Shown piece by piece: positions 22,351 through 31,296 of a stretch of 64,000 nucleotides of DNA. The translations under genes and the position numbers were made by a program. Within the stretch, counting starts at the first letter, position 1. Every line of letters begins with the position of its first letter. The stretch is taken from assembly GCA_002009975.1 (NCBI GenBank), contig MTLP01000028.1, forward strand, positions 44,534 through 108,533, written 5' to 3'. The DNA comes from Thermococcus sp. JdFR-02. Lineage in GTDB: Archaea > Methanobacteriota_B > Thermococci > Thermococcales > Thermococcaceae. The notes beneath the pieces were generated by a model, which was not told the origin of the DNA, ran no database searches, and was given only the letters and a program-made list of their open reading frames with translations.

Positions 22351-23724
22351 ATGGGAAAGCTCTTTGGAACGTTTGGCGTTAGAGGAATTGCAAACGAAAA
22401 AATTACTCCAGAATTTGCATTAAAAATAGGAATGGCATTTGGGACTTTACTAAAGAAAGAGCAACCAAACAAAGAGCTTTGGGTTGTCGTTGGGAGAGAT
22501 ACGAGAGTTAGCGGTGAAATGCTCAAAAACGCCTTAGTTTCTGGACTTTTAAGCGTTGGAGTTAACGTTATAGATGTTGGAGTTGCTCCAACACCAGCGA
22601 TTCAATTTGCGTGTAGATACTTTAACGTAGATGGAGGAGCTGTAATTACAGCATCCCATAATCCTCCAGAATACAATGGGATTAAGCTTTTAGAATCAAA
22701 TGGATTGGGCTTAAAAAAGGAGAGGGAAGCAATAGTTGAGGAAATTTACTTTAAGGAAGATTTTGATAGAGCAACCTGGGACAAGATTGGTCAGTTAGTT
22801 GAGCGCGACATAATAAGACCTTATATTGATGAAATAAAGTCAAGGGTAGATATTGAAGCAATTAAAAAGAGAAAGCCTTTCATTGTAGTTGATACTTCAA
22901 ATGGAGCTGGTTCATTAACTTTACCTTATCTTTTGAGAGAGCTTGGATGTAAGGTTGTAAGCGTAAATGCTCATCCAGATGGTCACTTCCCTGCAAGAAA
23001 TCCAGAGCCAAATGAGGAAAATCTCAGAGGATTTATGAAAATGGTGAAAGCGTTAGGGGCAGATTTTGGTGTTGCTCAAGATGGAGATGCTGATCGTTCA
23101 GTGTTTATTGATGAGAACGGGAACTTTGTTCAAGGAGACAAAACTTTTGCTTTGGTTGTTAAAGCAATGCTTCAGGAACATGATGGTGGTTTGGTCGTTA
23201 CAACAATAGCGACTTCTCACATGATTGACGAGATAGCCAGACAATATGGCGGAAAAGTTATGAAAACAAAGGTTGGTGACCTAATAGTCTCAAGGGCTTT
23301 ACTTGAGCACAATGGTTTAGTTGGTGGGGAAGAAAACGGTGGAGTTATCTTCCCAGACTTCGTTTTGGGAAGGGATGGTGCAATGACCGTGGCAAAGATT
23401 GTTGAAATATTTGCAAAGAGCAACAAAAGGTTCAGCGAACTTATTGATGAACTTCCTAAGTTCTATCAAGTGAAAACAAAGAGGCACATTGAAGGTGATA
23501 GAAAAGCAATAGTTGCGAAAGTAGCAGAGATTGCTAAGGAGAGAGGATTAAACATTAACACAACAGATGGAACAAAAATACTCTTTGATGATGGTTGGGT
23601 TCTCGTCAGGGCGAGCGGAACGGAGCCAATAATAAGGATTTTTGCAGAAGCAAGGAGCGAAGAGAAATCCAAAGAGTACTTAGACTTGGGATTAGAACTT
23701 TTGGATGAGGCTTTGAAGAGCTAA
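22351..23724 (+). CDS. Phosphomannomutase/phosphoglucomutase (alpha-D-phosphohexomutase)
   Basis: TASHNPPEYNG, QDGDADR, GGEENGG, RASGTEP. Confidence 0.93.
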   Translation: MGKLFGTFGVRGIANEKITPEFALKIGMAFGTLLKKEQPNKELWVVVGRDTRVSGEMLKNALVSGLLSVGVNVIDVGVAPTPAIQFACRYFNVDGGAVITASHNPPEYNGIKLLESNGLGLKKEREAIVEEIYFKEDFDRATWDKIGQLVERDIIRPYIDEIKSRVDIEAIKKRKPFIVVDTSNGAGSLTLPYLLRELGCKVVSVNAHPDGHFPARNPEPNEENLRGFMKMVKALGADFGVAQDGDADRSVFIDENGNFVQGDKTFALVVKAMLQEHDGGLVVTTIATSHMIDEIARQYGGKVMKTKVGDLIVSRALLEHNGLVGGEENGGVIFPDFVLGRDGAMTVAKIVEIFAKSNKRFSELIDELPKFYQVKTKRHIEGDRKAIVAKVAEIAKERGLNINTTDGTKILFDDGWVLVRASGTEPIIRIFAEARSEEKSKEYLDLGLELLDEALKS

Positions 23725-23813
23725 TTTTAATTTTTGTCCTTTTAATTCTTAACCAAAAACTTTTAGAGTATATATTCGAATCTTTTTTCATATATTGTGG
23801 AGGAGGGAATTCA

Positions 23814-24296
23814 ATGAATGTGACTACTGTATTTATAAATGCTTTAGCTGCTGTATGCCTGGTTTTTGCTTTAATAAAGGACACGACAAAGACAAAACAA
23901 GCACTAAAGATAGCAATAATATCATTCTTCAGAATCTTCCCCACTGTTCTTGCCATAATAATCATTATAGGCTTGCTTTCTGGTTTTGTGCCGGAAAGTC
24001 AAATTTCTAAGATTGTCGGTGAAAATGCAGGGTTTAGAGGAGTGCTTACTGTTGCATTTTTGGGAGCAATACTCCATATCCCTTCGTTGATATCCTTCCC
24101 GTTGGCGGCATCTCTCCTTGAAAAAGGGGCTTCGATTACCTCAGTTGCTGTCTTTATAACTACACTGACAATGATTGGGATGGTCACTTTACCTCTTGAA
24201 ATAAGGATATTGGGGAAAAAGCTGGCGTTGCTTAGAAATGGGTTGAGCTTTATCATTGCAATTATCATTGGGCTTATCATAGGGGTGATATTATGA
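23814..24296 (+). CDS. Predicted permease half (DUF318/ArsP-like)
   Basis: Hydrophobic; HIPSLISFPLAASLLEKGAS, LPLEIRILGKKLALLRN. Confidence 0.75.
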   Translation: MNVTTVFINALAAVCLVFALIKDTTKTKQALKIAIISFFRIFPTVLAIIIIIGLLSGFVPESQISKIVGENAGFRGVLTVAFLGAILHIPSLISFPLAASLLEKGASITSVAVFITTLTMIGMVTLPLEIRILGKKLALLRNGLSFIIAIIIGLIIGVIL

Positions 24297-24847
24297 AAAA
24301 GATGTCAAAAGAAAAACAGAAAAAGGGACTCGTAAAAGATATGCTCTTTTTAGGGATTATATTAGCGATTGCAATAATTTTGTTATTGATATTCCCTGAA
24401 AAGAAAGAACTTGTAATTTCATCTTCAAAAGGGTTCTTTATGGAAATGATTCTGATACTGCCCGCCGTGATGATACTGATGGGACTTTTTGCGGTGTTTG
24501 TTCCAAATGATGTTATTGTGAAGTATTTGGGAAGAAGTTCTGGAATAAAGGGCATATTCCTTGCTATACTCATGGGAGCATTTCCTACAGGCCCCCTTTA
24601 TGTTGCTTTTCCCATAGCCGCGGCTTTACTTAAAAAAGGTGCTCGCATTTCTAATATCATTGCCTTTCTTTCAGCATGGGCATGTATCAAGATTCCTCAA
24701 GAGCTAGTGGAGCTTCAATTCCTTGGACTGAAGTTCATGATAACGAGACTCCTTTTAACTATACTCTTTGTAATTGTCATGGGAATAGTGATAGAACAAA
24801 TAGTTTTATTGAGCGAAAAGACAACTAAACATGAACAAACCTCATGA
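24293..24847 (+). CDS. Predicted permease half (DUF318/ArsP-like)
   Basis: GPLYVAFPIAAALLKKGA, AWACIKIPQELVELQFLG; ATGA overlap with partner. Confidence 0.78.
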   Translation: MKKMSKEKQKKGLVKDMLFLGIILAIAIILLLIFPEKKELVISSSKGFFMEMILILPAVMILMGLFAVFVPNDVIVKYLGRSSGIKGIFLAILMGAFPTGPLYVAFPIAAALLKKGARISNIIAFLSAWACIKIPQELVELQFLGLKFMITRLLLTILFVIVMGIVIEQIVLLSEKTTKHEQTS

Positions 24848-24887
24848 AGATGCTGCTACTTCCTCTTTATAAAGAAAGTTTGCCTGT

Positions 24888-24906
24888 GGGGGAGAGAAAC
24901 TCCCCC
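24888..24906. repeat. GC-rich hairpin GGGGGAG-AGAAA-CTCCCCC
   Basis: Perfect 7-bp stem between convergent genes. Confidence 0.7.
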
Positions 24907-24915
24907 GTTCATATC

Positions 24916-25386
24916 TCAACCGAAGAAGGCTCCCATCATATCCATTTGCTCTTCGCTAAATGCTTTGACCTTAAATTCGGGCATTTTGTCTAGGAGTTCC
25001 CCATATTTTGTTGCTTCAATCTTCTCAACCTCTTCTCCCTTAACGTGAAACGCTTTTGTTATTCCCTCACTTTTGTAGGCGATTAAGAATTCCTCGCTTT
25101 CAATGTCTCCAGCTTTAACAAAAATAACGTTCCCACCTGTATACGGTTTTTTACACTTAAATGGGAAGCTTGCTGAATTTAGCATGGCATCTCCAAGAGC
25201 CATGTTTGCTTTTTTACCATTGATCTCTGTCCAGAACTTTAACCCTTCAAAGTCACCTTCAACTACGATCAAGAACTTTTCACCATCAAGTTCTGCAATT
25301 GGAGCTCCTTTTTTCTCTAAAAGTTCAAATAGCTGTTCAATTGTTTCAGCATTTCTTAGGCTTGCAACAAATCCCTCAACTTTCAT
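24916..25386 (-). CDS. Hypothetical protein
   Basis: 156-aa ORF with GGAGG RBS and host-like composition; family not recognised. Confidence 0.75.
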   Translation of the reverse strand: MKVEGFVASLRNAETIEQLFELLEKKGAPIAELDGEKFLIVVEGDFEGLKFWTEINGKKANMALGDAMLNSASFPFKCKKPYTGGNVIFVKAGDIESEEFLIAYKSEGITKAFHVKGEEVEKIEATKYGELLDKMPEFKVKAFSEEQMDMMGAFFG

Positions 25387-25413
25387 ATCAAATCCTCCTA
25401 ATGTTACTAAGCT

Positions 25414-26214
25414 TCACTTTGAATTCTGACTTAAAAAGTTGCCGATGCTTTTCTTTGCTTCTTCCAAATCCTTTGGCACTTCTAAACCCAAACTTAAGAA
25501 AAGCTCAATTAGAGGAGGAACGTCTAAGTTATGCTTCCTTAAAAGCTTTACATCACTTAGAACTTGTTTTGGAGTTCCAACTTTAACAATCTTCCCCTCG
25601 TCTATTAGGGCTATTCTATCACAGAGCGTTAGATATTCAACCTCATGGGAAGCTAAAATTATAGTTTTCTCTCCTTTTAATTTTTCAATGATGTTCCTTA
25701 TCATTTGCTTACCTTTGAAGTCAAGGTTTGCAAAAGGTTCATCAAAAACTAAAATCCCTGGCTTCATAGCCAAAACAGTTGCTATTGCAATCCTCTTCTT
25801 TTCGCCAAAGCTTAAATGTTTTATTTCTCTGTGGATATAACTCTCCATTCCAATGAGTTTTAAAGCTTCAAGAACTCTCTCTTTGAGATCTTCTCCTCTT
25901 AATCCGAGATTGTAAGGACCAAATGCAACATCCTCAAAGACTGTTGGAGAAAAAAGCTGATCATTTGGATCTTGAAAAACAATTCCAACTTTTCTTCTAA
26001 CTTCTTTTGAATTTTTGCTTGCATCTAGCCCATCTACAATAACTGTCCCTCTCTTTGGCTTTAAGAGTCCATTTAAATGTAAAAGGAGAGTTGATTTTCC
26101 TGCTCCATTTGGTCCTAAAAGACCAAAAACTTCTCCCTTTCTAATTTTTAAATTGATACCTTTTAGAATCTCGCTCTCTCCATACGAAAAATGCAAATCC
26201 TTGATTTCAATCAT
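25414..26214 (-). CDS. cbiO: ECF transporter ATPase (CbiO/NikO)
   Basis: GPNGAGKST, FQDPNDQLF, LSFGEKKR, VFDEP. Confidence 0.92.
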   Translation of the reverse strand: MIEIKDLHFSYGESEILKGINLKIRKGEVFGLLGPNGAGKSTLLLHLNGLLKPKRGTVIVDGLDASKNSKEVRRKVGIVFQDPNDQLFSPTVFEDVAFGPYNLGLRGEDLKERVLEALKLIGMESYIHREIKHLSFGEKKRIAIATVLAMKPGILVFDEPFANLDFKGKQMIRNIIEKLKGEKTIILASHEVEYLTLCDRIALIDEGKIVKVGTPKQVLSDVKLLRKHNLDVPPLIELFLSLGLEVPKDLEEAKKSIGNFLSQNSK

Positions 26215-26867
26215 AGCAATACACCCAAGAGAACAATCATTGTTAGAGCGATTGGGATTATATCTTTCTTTGTTTCAAACTTGGGAAATTCTCCAAAACC
26301 CCTTGAAAGCATGGACATATAAATTTTTTCGTTTCTCAAATAGGCTCTTGCAAATATTTCTCCAATTAAAGCACCGAGTTTCTTATAATATTCAAGCTTT
26401 CCAATTCCAAATGCCCTTGAGTCTAAGGCGCGCTTCATTCTGAGTGCTTCATCTTTAAACAAATCTAGATAACGATAAGTGAAAGCCAATGTTAGAACTA
26501 AAATTCTCGGAAATTTTAGGGTTTCCATCTCGGCTAAAATTTTTGAAAAACCTAAGGAATTTGAAACCAATACAACAACTGAAGAAGAAAGGAAAGCTCT
26601 TCCAAGTAAGAGAAAGAATGAGTAAATTCCCTCTTTTGTGATTGCACCTATTGGAGTTACCAGAATAACCTCCCCCGGATTAAAAAGTGCCAATATAAAC
26701 AGAAATCCTTCAAAGCCTAAGAGAAATCCTAAATGCTTAAAGATACTTTTCTTTGGCTTAAGCATGAGAATTAAGCAACCTAAAACTACTCCAAAATAAG
26801 CCAACTCTATCAAGCTCTTTCTTGTGACAACAAGAAGGGCATAAATTAAAAGAAATGGGAGATACAA
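26211..26867 (-). CDS. cbiQ: ECF transmembrane T component (CbiQ/NikQ)
   Basis: FTYRYL, ALDSR, MLSRGF. Confidence 0.9.
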   Translation of the reverse strand: MYLPFLLIYALLVVTRKSLIELAYFGVVLGCLILMLKPKKSIFKHLGFLLGFEGFLFILALFNPGEVILVTPIGAITKEGIYSFFLLLGRAFLSSSVVVLVSNSLGFSKILAEMETLKFPRILVLTLAFTYRYLDLFKDEALRMKRALDSRAFGIGKLEYYKKLGALIGEIFARAYLRNEKIYMSMLSRGFGEFPKFETKKDIIPIALTMIVLLGVLL

Positions 26868-26869
26868 AG

Positions 26870-27118
26870 CTAAGCCCCCTTTGTTAACTTAGCTAATCCA
26901 TAACTAACTCCAAAGACTAAGATAATGCCTATTACTCCCATAACCAAACTTTGTCCCCAAGTTTCACCATAGTCAAGAGGAGCTTCATAAATAGGGTTTT
27001 CCTCTAAGCCTACTTTCTCCATGGTTGCCTCTAATCCATCAGGATTTTCAGAGGCAAAAGGTAGAGCAATTGCTAAGAGCACTATGATTACAATCAAACC
27101 TTTAATTATGGTTCTCAT
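26870..27118 (-). CDS. PDGLE-domain protein (NikN-like)
   Basis: ASENPDGLE and APLDY between two TM helices. Confidence 0.9.
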   Translation of the reverse strand: MRTIIKGLIVIIVLLAIALPFASENPDGLEATMEKVGLEENPIYEAPLDYGETWGQSLVMGVIGIILVFGVSYGLAKLTKGA

Positions 27119-27729
27119 GCAGGAACACCCCCTATTTCTGGGAGTTTTGTCTTAACAGCTTTGATTATGAAGAGTGTTAGTATTGCTTCTCCAATTCCAA
27201 TTATAACGTGATATCCAATCATTAATGTCAAGACCTTCATAAATGGCAGACTTTTGCTTAAACCAATTTCAATTGCAGTTAGCGTTGCTCCCACAACAAC
27301 TGAAAGCCAAGAGGCGAATCCTATTGCTATCACCTCGTTCATGTCTTTCAGTTTTGAATAGGTAGCATAACCGAGGGATGCTCCTACGATACCCATGTTC
27401 AAGATATTTGCACCCATTGCAGTTATTCCACCATCTCCAAAGAGTAAAGTTTGGATTATCAAAACTGCCGTCATTACAAGAATCGCGGCATATGGACCTA
27501 AGAGAATTGCCACCAACGTTGCTCCCAATAAATGACCGCTAACTCCCCCAATTATTGGAAAGTTTACCATCTGTGCTGCGAATACTCCCGCTGCAAAAAG
27601 ACCTAAGAGAGGTATTTTGTCTTCCGGGAAATTTTTAAGCTTTCTTAATGAATAAACAATTCCCATTATAGTAATTGCATACGTTATGATGATCATGGGC
27701 ATGCTTAACAATCCATCTGGAATGTGCAA
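27115..27729 (-). CDS. cbiM: ECF substrate component CbiM/NikM
   Basis: TTG start after GGAGGTGA gives MHIPDG; FAAQMVNFP, GVSGHL, FGDGG. Confidence 0.92.
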   Translation of the reverse strand: MHIPDGLLSMPMIIITYAITIMGIVYSLRKLKNFPEDKIPLLGLFAAGVFAAQMVNFPIIGGVSGHLLGATLVAILLGPYAAILVMTAVLIIQTLLFGDGGITAMGANILNMGIVGASLGYATYSKLKDMNEVIAIGFASWLSVVVGATLTAIEIGLSKSLPFMKVLTLMIGYHVIIGIGEAILTLFIIKAVKTKLPEIGGVPA

Positions 27730-27754
27730 ATTTTTCACCTCCTTTTATCAAATG

Positions 27755-27782
27755 ATGTTATCAAAGGCATGATTAGTAACAC
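27755..27782 (-). promoter_or_regulatory. Candidate NikR-type operator
   Basis: TGTTA-N16-TAACA inverted repeat between a TATA-like element (27783-27790) and the RBS of cbiM. Confidence 0.55.
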
Positions 27783-27888
27783 TAAATAAAAGTCTTTCTA
27801 AAACTGTCTTTTGGAAACCAAAGGTTTAAAGAGGTCTTAGTTTTTTCTCAACAATAAAGAAAGAGATAAAAACTTAAATGTCATTATT

Positions 27889-28524
27889 TTGTTGGTGGTT
27901 GAAATTAATCGCTGGAAGCAGATTTTAAATTTATGCCGCTTCATAGTGTTTTTAGGTATAATAAGTGGGTTTATGTATATGAGAATTGATCACATTTATA
28001 GGAGTATTACAGCTTTCATCGGGCTTTTAATTCCAGAATTCTTCCAAAGAAAAGTTAATCCGCCAGAAAAACTAAGACCTTTCTTAAAACCTCTTTATAA
28101 TGACAGCACAATGGCAATTTTGGGGATTTTTATAGCAATCCATGTCTCTCTTGTGAACGTTCCCTTTACAACTATTGATCTTTTTCATAGAGAATGGACC
28201 GATGCAGACATGATAAGCCACTTTTTGGGAGGTTTAACTGTTTGGCTAATTTTAGCAGAAATCTTAAACGAGTTTTCGAAGGTTTATGGCTTTACTCAAA
28301 GGCAAGTTATAATTTATGCATTTGCTCTCCTGTTTGTCCTTAGTATAGGATGGGAGATTGCAGAAAAGTTAAGTGAAAGCGGAATATCTTTTATAAAGGA
28401 AAGCATTGGAAATAAGTTCAGAGACTTAATTATGAACACATTGGGGGCTTTATTAGGTTGTTTTTTAGTTATTAGAAGAGGACTTCCTTTTGAGTTAACA
28501 ACGAAAATCTCTTATAATCATTGA
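27889..28524 (+). CDS. Hypothetical membrane protein
   Basis: Multi-TM; DMISHFLGG, WEIAE, DLIMNTLG (VanZ/DUF2238-like pattern); start uncertain. Confidence 0.7.
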   Translation: MLVVEINRWKQILNLCRFIVFLGIISGFMYMRIDHIYRSITAFIGLLIPEFFQRKVNPPEKLRPFLKPLYNDSTMAILGIFIAIHVSLVNVPFTTIDLFHREWTDADMISHFLGGLTVWLILAEILNEFSKVYGFTQRQVIIYAFALLFVLSIGWEIAEKLSESGISFIKESIGNKFRDLIMNTLGALLGCFLVIRRGLPFELTTKISYNH

Positions 28525-28540
28525 CCTTAGTTGAGGTGTC

Positions 28541-30262
28541 ATGAAAAAGGAGAGCGAGAGATATATCCGGAGATGGATCATAGTTTTGAGCTTTTCCATC
28601 ATTGCTGGCATAGTTGGAGGTTTAGGAGCTTTAGCATTTAGAGGAACAATTATTTTAGCTCAAAGGTTTTTCTTTGGTTTCCTTCTTCCAAAGGTGTCTT
28701 TAAATGTTAACGGCTTAAACTTGGGTTATATTCTCTTGCCAGCTTTGGGTGGTCTTTTAGTTGCTCCTTTAATAAAAAAGGCACCGGAGATTAAGGGAAA
28801 TGGTGTCCCAGAGATCATTGAAGCTGTTATATTTAAAGGTGGTATGATTAAAAGGGAATTGACTTTCTTGAAGATAGTTGCAACATCAATAACAATTGGC
28901 TCTGGGGGAAGTGCTGGTAGGGAAGGTCCCATAGGATTTATAGGTGCTTCTTTAGCCTCAACCTTAGCTCAAGCCTTTAAGCTTTCAAAGGAAATGAGGA
29001 AGCTTTTAACCACCTGTGGACTAGCAGCGGGAATAGCGGGTATTTTTAACACACCCTTGGCTGGGGCTATGTTTGCTTTAGAAGTAATTTACAATGGGGC
29101 ATTTTCAATAAACATAGTCCCAATACTTCTCTCAGCAATTGTTGGAAATTCCGTAACCCTTTTTGTTTTGGGAGATGCCTTTGAGCTTTCTATCCCCCCA
29201 AACTTATCAATAAATCACAGAGAACTCGTGCTCTTTTTCTTAATGGGATTGTTTTTTGGAGTGTTAGCGGCTTTCCTTGTAAAATCTTTTTACATGTTAA
29301 TAGATAAGTTTGAAAACTTAAACCTTCCATTTCTATTAAAACCTGCTTTGGGTGGTTTATTTGTTGGATTTATTGGGATGTTTTTCCCCCATTATGGAAT
29401 TTTTGGGATTGGGTATGAGGGTATGAGGTTAGCCATTAATGGACTCTTGCCTTTAAAGCTCCTAATCCTCCTCGGCATAGCAAAGATTTTAGCAACATCC
29501 TTAACCCTATCATCTGGTCATAGTGGTGGAATATTTGCTCCAAGTTTATATATTGGAACAATGATAGGAGCAGCTTTTGGAGTTTTCTTTAAAATTCTCT
29601 TCCCAGAATTTGTGAGCAGTGAAGCTGTTTATGCATTATCTGGAATGGCTGCTTTGTTTAGTGGTGTTACTCAAGCGCCTATAACTCAAATATTAATGAT
29701 AGCTGAACTAACTAGGAGCTACGCTATTTTACCAGCTGTCATGAGTTCATCGGTAATAAGCTTCTTAGTAGCAAGGTATTTTCTTAAAGGTTCTTCAGTT
29801 TATACTTTAAAGCTTGAAAGGAAGGGACTTCGTGTAAAGGCTGGAAGACCAGCAATTCTTTCAACGATAACTGTTGAGGAAATCATGACAAAAAATCCAG
29901 TGTTTCTGAATATCTCAGACACAATCTCTGATGTTGAACACCTAATAGCCAAAACTGGGCATGATTATTATCCTGTAGTAGATGAAGAGCTTAGAGTCGT
30001 GGGGATAATTGGAATAAGAGATTTAATAAAGTGCTCTCCAGACGCTAAGCTTTTACCAATACGTGAGTTTTTAGATAACAATACTTTTGTCACAATTTAT
30101 CCAAGCGAAACAGCACAAGACGCTTTGGATAAAATGATAAAATGCAATTTGAATCTTATTCCAGTGATTAATAAAGAAGACAAGAGGCTTATTGGAGTTG
30201 TAACGAAGAGTGATATTTACAAAGCATATTATCTAAGTGTCGAAAGGGAGTATATTGAATAA
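28541..30262 (+). CDS. ClC chloride channel/transporter with tandem CBS domains
   Basis: GNGVP, GREGP, GGIFAP motifs; C-terminal CBS pair. Confidence 0.93.
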   Translation: MKKESERYIRRWIIVLSFSIIAGIVGGLGALAFRGTIILAQRFFFGFLLPKVSLNVNGLNLGYILLPALGGLLVAPLIKKAPEIKGNGVPEIIEAVIFKGGMIKRELTFLKIVATSITIGSGGSAGREGPIGFIGASLASTLAQAFKLSKEMRKLLTTCGLAAGIAGIFNTPLAGAMFALEVIYNGAFSINIVPILLSAIVGNSVTLFVLGDAFELSIPPNLSINHRELVLFFLMGLFFGVLAAFLVKSFYMLIDKFENLNLPFLLKPALGGLFVGFIGMFFPHYGIFGIGYEGMRLAINGLLPLKLLILLGIAKILATSLTLSSGHSGGIFAPSLYIGTMIGAAFGVFFKILFPEFVSSEAVYALSGMAALFSGVTQAPITQILMIAELTRSYAILPAVMSSSVISFLVARYFLKGSSVYTLKLERKGLRVKAGRPAILSTITVEEIMTKNPVFLNISDTISDVEHLIAKTGHDYYPVVDEELRVVGIIGIRDLIKCSPDAKLLPIREFLDNNTFVTIYPSETAQDALDKMIKCNLNLIPVINKEDKRLIGVVTKSDIYKAYYLSVEREYIE

Positions 30263-30270
30263 AAGAAAAT

Positions 30271-31134
30271 TTATCCTAGCTTTGCTTTCATTCCAATGAG
30301 ATAGAAAAGCAATTTTGCTCCAGTTAAAGCGGTTATATCACCAAGTTCTGTTCCAGCAACTTCCATTATGTCAATTCCAGCAATTTTCTTATTTTTGATA
30401 AGCCATTCTAAAGCTTCAATTACTTCCCAAAAGCTTAAACCTCCAGCTTCTGGTGTTCCAGTACTTGGAACCATTGAAAGGTCGAAGACATCTATATCAA
30501 TTGACAAGTAGATAGGCTCTGGGAGGTCTTTAACTATTTCAATAAACTTGCCAACATTGTAATCTCTTGCATGAATCCAGTGAATCTTTTTCTCTTTGGC
30601 GTATTCAACTTCTTCTTTTATACCGCTCCTAATTCCAAATTCTGCTATTTCAATTCCAAGCTCTGAAACTCTCCTCGCTATACAAGCATGATCCCATTTT
30701 TCCTCTTGATATGTATCCCTTAAATCTAAATGGGCATCAAAAACGACGTAGCTCTTTGGATTTAGAGCTTTAACTGGTGGATAAGTCATTAAGTGCTCCC
30801 CACCCAAGATTATAGGTAAAGCGTTTGGATTGGCTTCTTTTAACTCTTCAACCGTTGCAATTCCCCTCTTTATAGTTTCTAGCGGATTTCCTGCAACGAT
30901 ATCTAAGTCTCCAATGTCTGCTATTTTTAAATCAGCTAAATCAACATCATAGTCTAAAATATAGCTCTCCAAATTTATCGTTGCTTGCCTTATTAGCGTT
31001 GGTCCAAATCTTGCTCCAGGTTTATATGAAGTAGTTGAATCAAAAGGAATACCTAAAATGACGAAGTCAGCTTTTTCAACATCTACTAATGGCAATGCAG
31101 TTTTTATGGTTTCGTATGTGTAGAAGAATTCCAT
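30271..31134 (-). CDS. speB: Agmatinase / aminopropylagmatine ureohydrolase
   Basis: GARFGP, GGEH, FDAHLD, SIDIDVFD, TGTPEAGG. Confidence 0.93.
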   Translation of the reverse strand: MEFFYTYETIKTALPLVDVEKADFVILGIPFDSTTSYKPGARFGPTLIRQATINLESYILDYDVDLADLKIADIGDLDIVAGNPLETIKRGIATVEELKEANPNALPIILGGEHLMTYPPVKALNPKSYVVFDAHLDLRDTYQEEKWDHACIARRVSELGIEIAEFGIRSGIKEEVEYAKEKKIHWIHARDYNVGKFIEIVKDLPEPIYLSIDIDVFDLSMVPSTGTPEAGGLSFWEVIEALEWLIKNKKIAGIDIMEVAGTELGDITALTGAKLLFYLIGMKAKLG

Positions 31135-31235
31135 TCTCACCACCTAAAGAGGATTTGGTATTTAAGTTATAAGATTTACGAGATTGTTGTTTTTCAAATG
31201 TCCATATATGAACAACTGTGAACTTTCCCATAACA

Positions 31236-31272
31236 TTTATATATTTCTTCTACACTTTGTAGGTATAGTGTA
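31236..31272 (+). promoter_or_regulatory. Promoter of the sugar cassette: TATA box plus downstream inverted repeat
   Basis: TTTATATA at 31236-31243; TACACT-N10-AGTGTA at 31251-31272. Confidence 0.6.
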
Positions 31273-31296
31273 CTAAAAATACAATAGGTGTTGGAC

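Noticed and set aside
28500-28541. Fluoride riboswitch upstream of the ClC gene
   Set aside because: Only 16 bp intergenic, no riboswitch consensus, and the protein lacks CLC-F motifs
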